In this document: piece by piece, positions 37,801 through 51,700 of the stretch
Layout of the letters: each line of letters starts with the position of its first letter
Position numbering within the stretch: position 1 is the first letter of the stretch
Source: Ophelia neglecta
Taxonomy: Eukaryota
Assembly (NCBI GenBank): GCA_965285935.1
Contig: OZ260665.1
Coordinates: 59,582,001 to 59,646,000 of the forward strand
DNA: 64,000 nucleotides
Direction: 5' to 3'
Position numbers and translations under genes: made by a program
Notes under the pieces: generated by a model
Databases searched by the model: none
The model's input: only the letters and a program-made list of their open reading frames with translations
Told to the model about the DNA's origin: nothing

Positions 37801-40800
37801 TCGCACGTTATAATAAAACAATATTAATCAGATGCATATCTCCCTTATAGCCTTAGAATGAGCGGAATAGATCACTCAAAGCCATTGCAGTCTTATTCTG
37901 AGTAAGGGTTTAAACAATTGCAACTAGAAACTCAATAAGAACAGATAGAAGTTGCATCAATTGAATTTACAGGCTGTGAAATTTCCGATGAACACAAATG
38001 GCATCATAAATAAAAATAAGGTTCCACATATCTAGGATAGTACTCCCGTAGTGGTTTATTTGCATGAGAACACAGTCTTTTAAAATAGCGTTCAAAATGA
38101 AATATTAATACTTCAAATGTGCATTAGATTTACGTTTACCGCCGGCGAAAGAAAGTTTTCTTCCTTATTGTAATTGTAGCATTGAGCTTTAGATTTGCAA
38201 TTCAATGTCACCATTTTGTGTGATAAAAATATCCAGTCGCTTGCCTTAGCTCTGAATAACAAGTCCGCTCTACGATTTTCTGTAACTTGAGGATTTTTTA
38301 AACAACCTTGGATGTAATTTCCTAGTACAGTTATCCTCAGAGGGGGGGGGGGGGAGAAAAACAGGAAGCCTCCCTCGATTTGAATGTCTCGTGAGCTTAT
38401 TTACTCTTTATAGCCATTAAAACATTGCATTATAGACAAGGTTATTCGCCAACTGGTAGTATTGGCACCAATAGTGATGTGCTCCCGTCAAGAGAATTTC
38501 TCTTTACTTTGGGCATGTTAAGCCCAATGGCATTCAGTGGCAGGCCCTTTTTCTTGGTTTACATGAGCAATGAGGAAGACCGGCAGAATTCTTAAATATT
38601 GTTCTGCGTCCCCAATGCTGTAGCCAATTCTTAGCCGGGGATTTGCCAGTTGATGCTTCGTTGAGTACAAGAGCATAGATCATTCGGCTTGATATTGATT
38701 TTTTCGTAAAATTCCCCTTCGTCGCATTGCCCATAAAGTTCTATTTACATTTCTTTTCAATTTAATCGGCTGTAATGTCCAATGTTATTAAGTTAAAGCG
38801 GTGATGCAATGCCAATTATACGTGAGCAATACATTCTGGAATCTATAACACGTAAGGGATGATGGTGGATTCTCCTTAGAACGGAGATGTGTCCTTGCGC
38901 ACAGCGATAAAGGTATTAGATAGGCCGCGTGCGTGACAAGGCATGCCTGGCAGTATCCCTTCCAGGAGGATCGGGCTAGAACACTGATTAATGTTGACGG
39001 TATGCTACAATTGAAACAGACATTTATGAACTTCAACCATTAGCATTCGAGCAGCTCAGTACGATATAGCTCAATTCATAAAGACTTGACAGATAGGCCC
39101 ACCTTATTTCAACATATTTGTTTTATATGCAGTAAACACAATTAGAATCGTGTTCCAAATACACGCTTTGGGTTGCAACAATCATACATCAAACTTCTTA
39201 AATGTCCAGCAAGTTTTAGATGTTGATCACTTTCCTGCATGGCCCATGGGTGACTTATTTTGTTCATTTTACATTGATATATTTTTTTTAAAAGCAAAGT
39301 TTTACGATTTTTATTGGTGGTATAATTAAATTCGGTTTTTTGCTGGGGGCCATGCAGATAGAATTTCCGAGGGCAAAACCAGGAGCTTCTATGGATTTTT
39401 TTATATTGGCGCAGTGTTCATAGTGAAACCATTGGAGCAAATATCCGTAGCAACACTGTCAACAGTTGTCTTTATTCGAATTTTTTTTACATCTAACAAC
39501 ATCCTTCAACTAGCAAATAGTTCCTGCTTCTATATCTTATAAGAATAATATTGGGATTTCTTGTCCCTGAGATATTATGTTGCGAAGCCAATATTCCTTT
39601 TGACCGTGGGCAGAATTTATATATCATTCAATATAACGCAATGTGTGAATTGTTATACTTCTGCTCCACATAAATGGAATACAACTTAATACAATATATT
39701 ATAGCAGATGGTTTATTTGGACCAATATGGGCTGAAGCCACCAAATTAAGGACATTGTTTGACGTATAGGAGCTATTTGCATGGTGCATTAATTTCAGAT
39801 GTTTTAAGAAAGAGAAAAAAACAAAGTGGTCTTAGAAAACATGTTTCTTAATTCCAATAATATTCCCCCATATTTCCCGATATATATGACAGGCACTATT
39901 TCTATTATTAATATATACTCATTGACAATATAAAGGACACAGACTGGGAAGCTCTATTGTTTTCATTTATGAATTAAAATGATTCTGCATTCACGGCAAA
40001 ATTGTCAATAAGATTCTGAGGATTGAGCTCAGGTACCTAACTTCCGATACAGACAACAAATGCGCTGTTTGCCTGTCCACAATTGGAGATTACCTTCACT
40101 AACGATGGGTTAATTTAATTATGTAGATCGCACGTCCAACCAAATATCATGTTGCCCATATTGTCACCTGGATTATCCGAAGGAGGCTATTATAAATAAC
40201 GAGCAATATTAGTGGTGTTTGGAGATTAAAACTTTGAAGTGATTCCAAAGGTTCCTCACACTAACCTCACTTCAACACCTAAATTTCATAATATCAATTT
40301 TTTCTTTTTTATAATACAAGTGTGTTATTTTGAAATTTTGCCCCATTGTATACTTATACCACATTAAATCGTGCAGCTGTCTATATCATCTTTGTTTGTA
40401 AACAAGTTTGTATCAAAATTAATCATATTTACCCTTACGCCTCTGTCAATATTTATTATGCTGCGCGTTCAAATTTTATTATATTCTATAGTTATTCTGA
40501 CCAGGAGTGTAGATATGTGATCATATACTGCGCCCTACCACTAACATAATACATGCAGCCATGATGATATCACTATTGCATGGTATTCAAACATCATTTA
40601 TGCGACGCGTTGCCATACTGATATCCTACAATTTCGGGTTCTATACGGCAGTGCCTAAATTTGGTCCATATGATCTATGTTTGAACCATGAAAAAATTTA
40701 TATTGGGGTGTAAATGTCACGTTAGAGGCAAATAACACCATGAACGTATAATAAAATGAGATTAGTATGTCAAAATTTGTAGTAAGGGTGTTTTACGTAT

Positions 40801-43489
40801 ACCTAGATCTAGAATATGAAGCTGGAAGCTACATATGCATGCGGGCCTTGACCCTGTAGGATGATTTTATTACTAATGGGCTTTCAATTCCAGACCCAAT
40901 AACTGCGCATATGCATATATCCGTGCTATTGGGCAGTTACTACCCCAAATTTGGTGATATCTATAGGACAGTGTACTTAATAACGACTAATTTGCTATAG
41001 GTAAGAAGATTTTTACAATGAACAAGTACAGAATAAAACCAACGCTCTAAGCATGGTTATATTGCTGCTCTGTTTGATGTCCTCATTTTGTCGACACGTA
41101 TGGCAGTTTTCATAGAATTCCTGTCTTTGACATCACATGTTTCTGACTCCTTACACATGAAAAGCTTCAAGGAGATTCAGATGGTTAATAGAATTAAGTA
41201 GACATTGTTGCCATGCCTTCGTCTGTTGCCTTGAATCAAATCAGATTGTCAATACTGTATACTTCCAGTGGGGATGAAACATAAAGCAGATACTAAGGAA
41301 CCGGGCTAGATTTTTCTGTACTAGAAACGTATATTTTTGAAATGTTGTCTCTTTGTGCTTTGATAAGTCTGAATAGTTTTACTGCATTGTAAGTAACAAA
41401 ACAATCGGAAACATACCAAGACTTGTTATTTGGTTATGCAAAATATGAGATGCCGGAAAAAAATTCCTTTTATATACTGTGCTGCTAACAGTCTGCTTTT
41501 ACGTGTTAGACTTGTTGGACCTGGAATAGTTTCACTGGTAATGGAGCTCACTTCCGGCAGTGTCTTTGCAACTTCAAATATTACTGTACACACAATATGC
41601 AATGCATTATCGGTGCAATAATTCAGCGGAGATTTGTCAATTTTGTGCAAGAACATAATACCGTCAGGGGGCAGAGATAATTTCATATATCGTGCCTAGC
41701 AATTTCCACTACATCTCTACATTTGACTGTCTTGTAGGATGGCTCTTGTGGTGCTCTCATATCTGTCGGCTTCATATGTGTGGTTTAAGTAGTCCCCCAG
41801 CCAGATCCCCGTCAATTAGCTACAATAGGATTTGGCACCCAGGCTGCATGCTGAAAGATGAGTCCGTGTTATTGTATACCAAGTCGGTTTAATCGTATTA
41901 TGCACGATAGATTGTGGCACTACGGTTCTGTTATGTCTGACCGTGCCACGACCTCCAATAATGGCTACTAGGGGCGCTGTGCTGGCTTGGTGCTCACAAC
42001 TGCTCATCGTTAGGCAATAAAACTATTGCTTTAGGGGCAAAATATTCAAGTGACACGCTTTCGATTTTCCTTTGAGATTGCATTTCCATTGCCCAGAAAA
42101 ATGTTAAATACTACTGGGGCATTGATTTGTCTGGATGTTCCAATGAAAATAAAAAAAGAAACCCTTTATTTTACCACAATATTCTAGCGCCCGCACATTT
42201 ATCGAGCTAATGGAATTGAAACCCAATTTGGACATGACTCTTTGCTATCGAGCTGTTCGGTGTTTAATACGAGTGTTGAATAAGAGCATTGCATTGTACA
42301 ATATGAGTTGCTTCATTTTGTTTATGCTCACTGATAAATATTCATGAATCGGGACCATACTTGTTTGATTATATTGGATAGTGACCTTTCCACTGTATCA
42401 AGTATTTCAGGTGAGACACCCACGAGTCCTTTCGTTGTAGGTTGCAACGCACACTGCAAAAAGCAGGCGTCCTTCGCCCTCCTGTACATTTTTTTACTGA
42501 TGTAATTACAATAGACAACTTTGTCCATTATTTCAAAGATATAAGTATAAATAGTGTCCATCTGCCTAGCAACTACCAGTGTTAGTGGCATTTTCCATAC
42601 ACAAGATTAAACAACTTAACATGGTTAATAATTGTAATTGCAAGGTTTCTTTATGAGAGCTGTGTATGGCATTCATGCTTGCAATTTGCAATAAATGACA
42701 TATTTTCCACATATAAAACAAAAAAGTCTGACAAACAATCTGTTTAATCTAGCAATCTGGGAAATAAGAGTCATATCTTGGACTTCATTATCAAACTGCA
42801 TTTGTTTGGAACACACAAAAGACGTCAAAAATGAATGGTGAGAGATCTACAGCAACAGGAATAAGAAAAGATGAAAACTGCAAGAGGATGAGATGCAAAA
42901 GTATGTAACAATCGAACTAAACAAGATCTTAGTTCGATAAATCAAATGTTGGTGAGCATTCTAGCGTCCTGTTATCATGGATGTGAAATGATGATAAGGC
43001 CGGGAACGCACAATAAAATCAGAAGCAAAACAAAACCTAGTAATAATTGGCTCCCAAATTGCTGATAGCTTATCTATTTGGGCCATATGGTGCACTGTTG
43101 CCCTGTTGTGTAGCGGCACAATATATGTGTATTTTGTGATATGAATGGGTATCTTTGTTTTGACTGGGGTATATTTTCTTGCCCTAGAACATCGATTCCC
43201 TGCTACATAATTATAAATATGACTGGCCATAAATTAAAAAAAAAATTATATAACCTGCAATGGAAAATAGTCAAAACAATTCTCAATGCAAATCAGACCA
43301 AAGAATAATCGAGTCAGTTATCAACTTAGAACGTAGCACCAAAGTTCAGTAGAAAAAAAACTGCGATGGCTGGGTTTGATCAATTCCACACTTGCTATAC
43401 GGCCAGGGGCCACGTGCGCTAGCTTCGTATTGATATCATCTTATGGCGCAATCACAATGAAATCGACACTAACTCTGTCAACGACATAT

Positions 43490-43960
43490 TAAGTGTCTCT
43501 TCTTGAGACTGCAGCGACCTTTTTTCTTCATTTGAGCCATATTAAGTCCTTTTCTGGTCCTGTTACTCATGATAATCTCGAAACCGTGATGCATGGGTTT
43601 ATTGCCTCTCGATTAGATTACTGCTACCCATTACTACAGGTATCCCGAAGGAAGAGATTGAAAAGTTACAGGAGACACAGTGTGTAGCTGCATGTATTGT
43701 TAGTTATGATTCAATAAAAGTCTAGAATCTCTGATTTAGTTATCGATCTAGTCCTGTATTGATGACAAGCTTCTTATATAAAATAAGGTTACGTATTGTT
43801 TGGCTCCAGAATTTTTGGTATCCTTCATCTAGGCGAAACACATAGTCCTTGGAACGCTCGGAACAACAACAACCACTGTACTGCCGATCCCAGAGTATAG
43901 ATTTAATAAGGATAGGACAGTGTCTGTTGCTGCGCAGCGGCTATGGCTCCCATCCAGGGA
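43490..43960 (+). mobile_element. Degenerate L2/CR1-clade LINE fragment (3' part of ORF2)
   Basis: Translates as FLHLSHIKS...ETVMHGFIASRLDYCYPLL, then after a frameshift GIPKEEIEKLQETQCVAACIV, and later LPIPEYRFNKDRTVSVAAQRLW. These match L2 ORF2 motifs HAFVTSRLDYCNSLL, GLP..I.KLQ.VQN.AAR and DRAFSVAAPRLWN. Confidence 0.85.
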
Positions 43961-46900
43961 ACTAATGCAGATAAAAATATCTCTCTTTTATGAGCGCAGT
44001 TGATAAACATGTGCTTAGCGATAGAATTGCCTTTAAATTAAACATTTTCTGATTTTAACCAACAACATTTCATCTATAGTTTGTGATTTGACTAACATCA
44101 TGGAGCTATTGACACTTTTTCATCACACGTGATATATTTTTAAATTCAATTCTTACTAGTTAACATATTTTTAGCTCGTCTGCAGGGTTTCCGGCCCCAT
44201 TTGTTATGGAAGTGTGTCTGTAAGTTTTTTCGTCAACATAATATTTAAAAAAAAAACAATTCTAATTCAGATCAAGTTTTGCCGTATATTCACCGTTAGG
44301 AATAATTCTATACTAATCCTTCCGTTAAATACATTGCGAGTTGAATAAATATTGATCAATTTGCGGAGTCGCGTTGCTATTTCGTAAATTTCACCTGCCA
44401 ATATCCGGCCCATATCCTGTTTTTCATACCACCCAATACACACAATAAAGTAATTATATAACGCGGAACTATAGATCATAGCATTTTACTTGAATTTGGT
44501 TTCACCATTTCAGGTTAAATTTTCTCCAGATTGTGGAATTGGCTATACGTAAATATGCATATTGTTTGAATATAAGCAGATTAATGCTTGATCCATTCCA
44601 TAACCTACACGTATAGATCTACAAGCCCTTCTTTCGTAAACCTGGTCGAACTGTAGGTGATGGGTCGTTGTATTGTGAGTTAAAGGTCAGTTTGTCTATC
44701 GTTTGGTTGCTTAGTTTACCCTTTCTACCCCAAGATAAACAGACAGTTGTTGTGATGACATTGCCCACACCTTCACCCTTACCTCGCCTATCTTGGATAA
44801 CCTAAACTTGTGAAGCAGGCGGATACATGTCCACACCTTACACACGCCAACAATCGCACCATGGTCAGCGTGGACCATAAGGATAGGACAGATTAACATA
44901 CCACTGTCTGGCTGCAAAAGAACGAAGAACTACCCGTTAAGAGATATGATAATAGAGTATAACAAAGCTCGCATTCAAATATTCGTGTGAGGGCCTATTA
45001 AGGCCCTGCATTACCTTACAAGGACAGAAAAAATCAAAATTTATTAATGTCAGCTAAGCCAATGCTCCTTGCCTTCGAGCAACGGTGCGTGGGATGAAGT
45101 TGCTTAGCCGACACCTGCCGAAGCCGTGAGGTTTTCAGCTCGACGTTAACAAGCTGCAGCTCGCTTGTCGAATCACGTCTGCTTTGGGGCCGGATATGTG
45201 CATTGTAAGGAAAATGTTGTTCGTTCAGCCCTCATCTTTACTCACAGTCCGATCAGATCCTTATTGGTGTTCAAGCTGTCGTATTGCCATTAAGTTTCGC
45301 GTTTGAGCTCTGACTGGCATCTTAGAAAACTGCTAGCATCCCATTGCTAGTGACGTTTCAATTATAATATTTTATTACTGAGGACGCCGGGGATTTTTAA
45401 CTGTTGGCCTGCAGCTGGAGGTTCCTGTTGATTTCGGACTGATTTTGTGGAAGATTCTTAATTAATTATTTTCCAAGGTCTGCCAGGTATCCACCCCCGT
45501 TTTTTCTAATGATCCAAACAGTATTTTTCGCAGCCTACATAACTAGTCAGCTTTTGTATAACGGTTTGTTTCCAGTAGAATGCTCGTGTTGTATACCCAA
45601 ATGTCAATATATTTTTCTTAGATGATTGAGTAAGAAATATTATGTTTCCCATAATGTCTGTCCTCGCTTCAATCCTACCGCTACTAGCGCTGGGAACTGT
45701 AGTATCTCCAGACCAAACAATATTGATAAATAAGTTAGTCCCGTGGATATAGCATTGCACTTTTTGTGCTGTAGCCTGCGATCAGTGAGAGGTGACTGCT
45801 CACAAGGACACACCTGAGTCACATGAACACTGACACTTCCGGTTCCATTGTTCAACTAAGCAGCTCTCACCTCTAGCTTGCGTGACCTAGCTTCAAACGT
45901 AATCAGATATTTGAATAGCGAGTTTAGGTTGCATCAACCTTTTAATGGAACTAGGTAAATTGCATAGGATTGGCTGTATTCTCACTGTACCAGTGTCTGC
46001 CTCTCCCGAGATCGGGAAGTGATGACCAAGTAGAGTATAACGATGGGAGTGGATAGCAGACACAAAATCATTATCATCAAATCATCCATTAAATCGGGGC
46101 GAATTCACCAAGCATCCTTAGCTGCAAATCCGCAAATAACAATTTAAAGCTCCGTTATTATAAATAGTTTGGAAAGAAATAAAAAGAAAATATCTTAGTA
46201 ATTATAGAAATGTTAGAATGTAGTCTCGCGCGAAAAAGAGAACGTGCCAGTTAATGATTGGAAAAAACAGTGCACTAGCTTGCAATGCACAGTAAACACC
46301 AGTTTCAACGATAAACAAGCATATCCCTGCAGTTCATATTATTGGCCGAAGTGATCCAGCGAAAATTAACTAATCTAAAGTTTAAGGGATATTTCATAAA
46401 AAAATGAAGAAGTTTACTTTTGTTGAAACATATATATTTGGGACTTGTCGAGTGTACTTTCCAAAACATTCCAAAACAACTAAATGTATAGGTTTTCATT
46501 ACAATAAGGCGAGGTAAGGTGAGGTGAGGTGAGTTGAGACGAGTGATCCGATATTATTTCTATGTATAATGTAAACCTGCATGTAGCTGATAATTGCCAT
46601 ATAAATTCATTAGTTTTGATCGAATAGACAGGAGGTTCCTAAATTAGACGTATGCAAGTAACCTTTCATCAAATTTATAAGATATCGACCAACAGCTCTT
46701 TCTTTAATATGTGGACAATTAATGAAGACCCATAGAATAGAAAAGAACATGTTCGAACGTGGGGTCATATCCCATATATTCAATTTTTGGGCGAAAAGAC
46801 TTGTTTGTTTGAACAAACTGACCCCCTATGACCTTTATCGACAGGCAGGTTACAATGTAACATCTACTCGGCTAGGAAAATGTAATACCTCTCACATTTG

Positions 46901-48079
46901 TCAACTCGTATAATATGGGATTCGAAAAATTACCATCCAAACAAAAATACCTAAAGCCGTTTAGCGATGCTGTTGACGCAAGCGAGTTGTGTCATATTTA
47001 TGTTGTAGCCTTGCCAAAGGGATTTCATGGCCAGTCAGTGGGGTTCAAAGGGAATTTCAATCGTATCCATCGAGTCAGGCGAGTGGCGACGGATTCGTAA
47101 TAGACTATTAAATTCTAGATGCCGGCCTGATGACAGGCGGGGGCTTTGCCGTAATATCGTAACAGCGAGTGCCACGATTTGAGGTTGAGGCGTTTTGACT
47201 GACGGCCCGAATCCTGTCCCATGGTGACTGCAGTCCAGCTCCCTCTGGCATGGTTACAAATTGCTTGGATAAACATACTTCGACACTGTTAATCCCTCCC
47301 AAACTAGCTAGCCCTGCAATGGCCGGGGTCGATCGTCTAGGATTGCGATTACCTAATGGGAAACGCTTCCAATCTCATCCCAATCTCGTTGTCGGGACGC
47401 GGGCGAGATGTGTCTGATAATCGGATTCTGCCATTGCTTCGCCCCTTTTCATGTACGCATTCACGGTGTCGACAGCTGACCGTTAATCATGTGTGGAATA
47501 AAGATACGATTGTCCTTAGTCGCCCTGGACAGACTTTATGTATTAAACCAACAGCTCGACCCTGAGGAACTTAATAAATGACGTTGCTTGCTGTAAGCTG
47601 GAATTGCATAGGATTGTCGTAGCCTTTCTACGTGCGCAAGAAAGGTCTTCTCAACTTATTAAATGGCTTCACAAATCATTAAATGACACGATCTTTTTTT
47701 CCAGCAAGACGACACTCTTACATTTGTATAATTAAGATTGTCAACATATTGTTCTAACGACCATGAACTATAAAATACGATCAAGATTTTATCGAACGCA
47801 TAAAAAAGAATTATCCGTTTATTGTTTAATATATATGGAAGCATCTAAAATTTAATGTTCCGAAACAATGAGGTGTTTGTGGAGGGCTGAAAATATAATT
47901 TTTATACTACTAAAACAATTTACGAAACGGACCAAAAATGAAAAACGTGACATAAAGCTCCTATTATAGCAAAGCGTCCAATAGCAGATTTCGTTGCATT
48001 TTAATTTTTTGGCAAATAATGCAGTTGATCATAGGCAAATAAAAACCTCCTGTTCACAAAAGTATCAAGACTTTCTTAA

Positions 48080-48792
48080 CATGGAAAGTTGAAATATCCC
48101 CGTCCCCATGGTACCAAGAATAAACAAAATAGGCATTTCCGCTCATTCTAACTACAGTAGAAGAATCAAACTTTAAAATGAGGCACAAACCATGAGGACG
48201 CCCCCCCCCCCCACACACACACACACTCACACACGCACACACACACACACACAGCCAGCTACTTTGTTTAAATATGCCTGCAAGGTTACCATAAAAACGG
48301 GACATTATGTTTCAACAATAAAATGAAGCTACATTTGTTCAGCTTGTTATGTAATGAAAAATGATATCAGCTTCGCGTAATTGCTTAGATAACTGCTATG
48401 GTAAAAGGAAAAATAAAACAGATATGTAGGCAAGTTGAAAATTTCCCCGTTGCCATGGTAACCAAGAAAAGACTAACTAAGCATTTCCCCCAATTATGAT
48501 AAGACCTGTAGAGGCAAAACATTAAAATTAGGCACAAACAATTTGGACGCACCCCCTCCCCCCCCCCCTCCAACACACCCAGTTGTTTTGTTTTAATATT
48601 CCTGCCAGGTTGTCATTGAACGAATCATTATTATTTTCTAACAATTAAATGGAGCAGCATTTGTTAATATTGTTATTAAATGAAAAGTGACGGCAGCTTC
48701 GTGTAATTGTTTACATACAAGCTATGGTAAAATCAGGATAAAATCAGACATGGATGCATGTTGAAAATATCCCCGTGGCCATGGTAACCAAA
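48080..48792. repeat. Diverged ~330-345-bp tandem repeat (about 2.1 copies) with poly-C/(CA)n and CCATGGTAAC motifs; likely the interior of an old DNA transposon
   Basis: gttgaaa(a)tatccccgt..ccatggta(a)ccaa recurs at 48088, 48434 and 48760; aggcacaaaca..ggacgc(C)n and cagcttcg.gtaattg recur in register. Confidence 0.8.
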
Positions 48793-51700
48793 TCCAGCCA
48801 GCTTACGTTAAAAACCAAAACAGTCAGTTTGTTATTAATAATGGCCTACCCCTATACCAATAACTTAATTTTTTTATTAGATCCTTCTACTTAGCAGAAT
48901 TATTTTCGAAAGTACCCTTGGATATATGCATTGTTCTTTAAAATTAAAATTAAACAATTTTAATTTTTGATATACTTTAAATAATTATATACTTTATTTA
49001 GCTGAATTGGAGCAAATTGGAGTAAAAAACCAACAATTGCAAGTTCGTTAGTTTAATCCCTAAAGTATTGTGTAATTGTGTCTATTTGCTTTTCTGTAAA
49101 TATCTTTGAACACAAAAATATTTTGATATCATGATGGCAAAGTCAATATGACACAAAAGCGTTAGACATTATCCAACAATTGTAAACAATAGCCAATAGT
49201 TTTTAAGAAAACTATCTTCTTTAAACAACACACTTTAAAAGGTTAAAGATAAAAAGCCTAAATACCCGGATAAGAATGTTTATAATGATACTTGGACCAC
49301 TATTTTTAACTGCTTTCTTTTTTATAATATCTTTATTTATTCAGCCTTGTTAATTTCTACAAATAATACATTTGGTTAATACACTGCGGTGATGATTAAT
49401 GTTGGTGTTTTATCGGCCCCTTAACAAACCAATCATAACAAATAAGGAAAATAGAGTGTATGGACAACTGAATATAAAGAGCAAATATGCGTTAAATATA
49501 TCCTAATGCGTTTCTTCCATACAATAAACGTCGAATTATAAGCGCTAAGTATATAGCTTTTATGTTTGTTTTCAAAATTCTCGACTTCCTGATCCCAATA
49601 TTTATATTAGTGCCGAATGTATCGGAATCACTGAGAAGAATTAACGAGGGACTTTATGTGCCAAAGAGTCTGTTTCGTTACACTGCGGCAGACTATGCGG
49701 ACCACCTATGTGTACAAGGCGGTGGTGATCATTTCTGCTCAGAATCAACCGTATCTTTTTTACGACCTGCGTAACAGGCTTTAATATCGGTCACCTTGAA
49801 CAAAACATTTCAGGAGCATCTCTTCTTGATTTCCTATTCTGGTTCTTATCAGAGCTTTAGTCATTTGTATTCATCTGATGTTTTCGTGTTGTATTTCTTG
49901 TTTAAGCCGAGGCACGCCGCCGTGCAAACGGCAAAAAACCCCGGAAGTAACACAATGGGAAGCCAAAGCTTCAATTTTAGATTTTTACTGTTGGATACGT
50001 GCCTAAATCTAAGGTATAAAGAAGACGGCTTGCCCTGTTGATAAACAGAATTAATTCAACGGGGTTTGTGTTAGTTCTTCATATTGACAGATTTCTTTCT
50101 AAATGGCGCAATGCGTTTGCTATTTCGTTCCGGAGTTGTCCAATTCATCTGCACACCATTGCTTTTGTGGTTTATGGTAGAAATCCGTGCTTATTCCAAG
50201 CACCACGCCCGTGATGTAGGGGGGAGCTAACTGGGTGGGGCAGTTTGGTCCCCATCTCCCACAAAGCTTGCCAGTAGCTCCCCGGGCAGCTCCAGTGACG
50301 GATGGCTCGTGAGGAGCTCGTTTGGCCTGCTGGTGTAAGTGACCACCCAAGGGACGCCCCGGGTGAAAACATGACCCGACAACAAATATGCCAAACTGAG
50401 AGAAAAAAACATTTCTAACCCAGGTGTGCGACAAATGAATTGACTTTTTCTCGTCCATTGGCAAGCAGACAGAACGCTTGGACTTTCACAGCCCTTTTTT
50501 TTACCAACGACAAGACTTTATATAGGCTGAAAGCGTATGTCCCTATATTGTGCTAGTGTATTTAGAAGAATTACTCCTGTCACAAATATTAACCAAGAAT
50601 TCTTACAGACATCAATATGGCGTGATAAGAATAAACTTTTGTAGAGCATCCATCAAATGAGCCTACACCAGATGAAAAAGGCGTAGAATTTTGGGCGGGA
50701 ATAGTTTGAACGCAAATAGTGCCCTTTTTCTTCTGCCTATAAGGGTACACTGCAATTATAAGTAAGCATTCCCAGCTGGGTTCTCCTCCTTCTTGGTCAC
50801 ATTGCGTGACATTGATTGTGCATTTTAAAGCTAGAGGAGGTTCTGACACGTGCGCCCATGAATATAAAGAACGTAACTGTTATACTCTGTAGGAATAATG
50901 TATCTCTGTCATGTCCACGAAGACCAATAAACATGTTTAAACCAAATGTTTTACTTGCACTTTATACGTTTGCGCCACAAAATTACACTGAGATTTAGTC
51001 CTAGTTGAACGTCCTCATTACACAAGGCCACCTCCCCAGGGTTTCCACCAGGACAGTGCAGCCTCCGAGGCGGGCATACCTCTTCATCCTTCACGGCAGC
51101 CACTCCCATGGCTGACACATCCATTGTAACCTGATACTACCGACAAATTCATTGGGGCAGTTGCTGGCCTGACCTGAATCCAGTAGTATGGAAAACTGAC
51201 ACTAATAAGCGGCAATAAGTACTCCCTGTTTATACACACATAAATTAATATATTTTATTGTATTGGTTTATTGATTATTTGTTTTTGCTTTGAGCCGCAA
51301 AGTATTTGTTAATCTTTTTTTTTATAAATTAGGTCTACCTTCAACGAATAAAAAATACAGACATGTTGGATAGAAAGAATTGTTTACTATCTTTCAGGAT
51401 ATTTGAGTAAAGTAAGCTATCAAAAAGGTTGTCTAAATTTGTTATAAAAAAATGGTTCAGTATATTGTCATAGTATGTGAATAGCAAGTTCCTGTTTAAC
51501 AGCAGGTTATTAAATTTATTATATCTACTCATTTATTGCTGAGATTCATTGACCTATCGGGTTGACTACACACATGGCGAGACATCCGGCTGCTCCTAAT
51601 TGGTCTCAAGTAAACCTTCTATATTTAAATATAATATGTTTGTATACAATTCGTATGTTTTGGGCCCTCCATTCCTGGGGGAACCTGCCGGTCTCCGGCC

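Noticed and set aside
44165-44660. Possible Helentron/HINE-like element starting TTTTTAGCTCG
   Set aside because: Only the start motif is suggestive; no clear 3' hairpin or subterminal inverted repeat.
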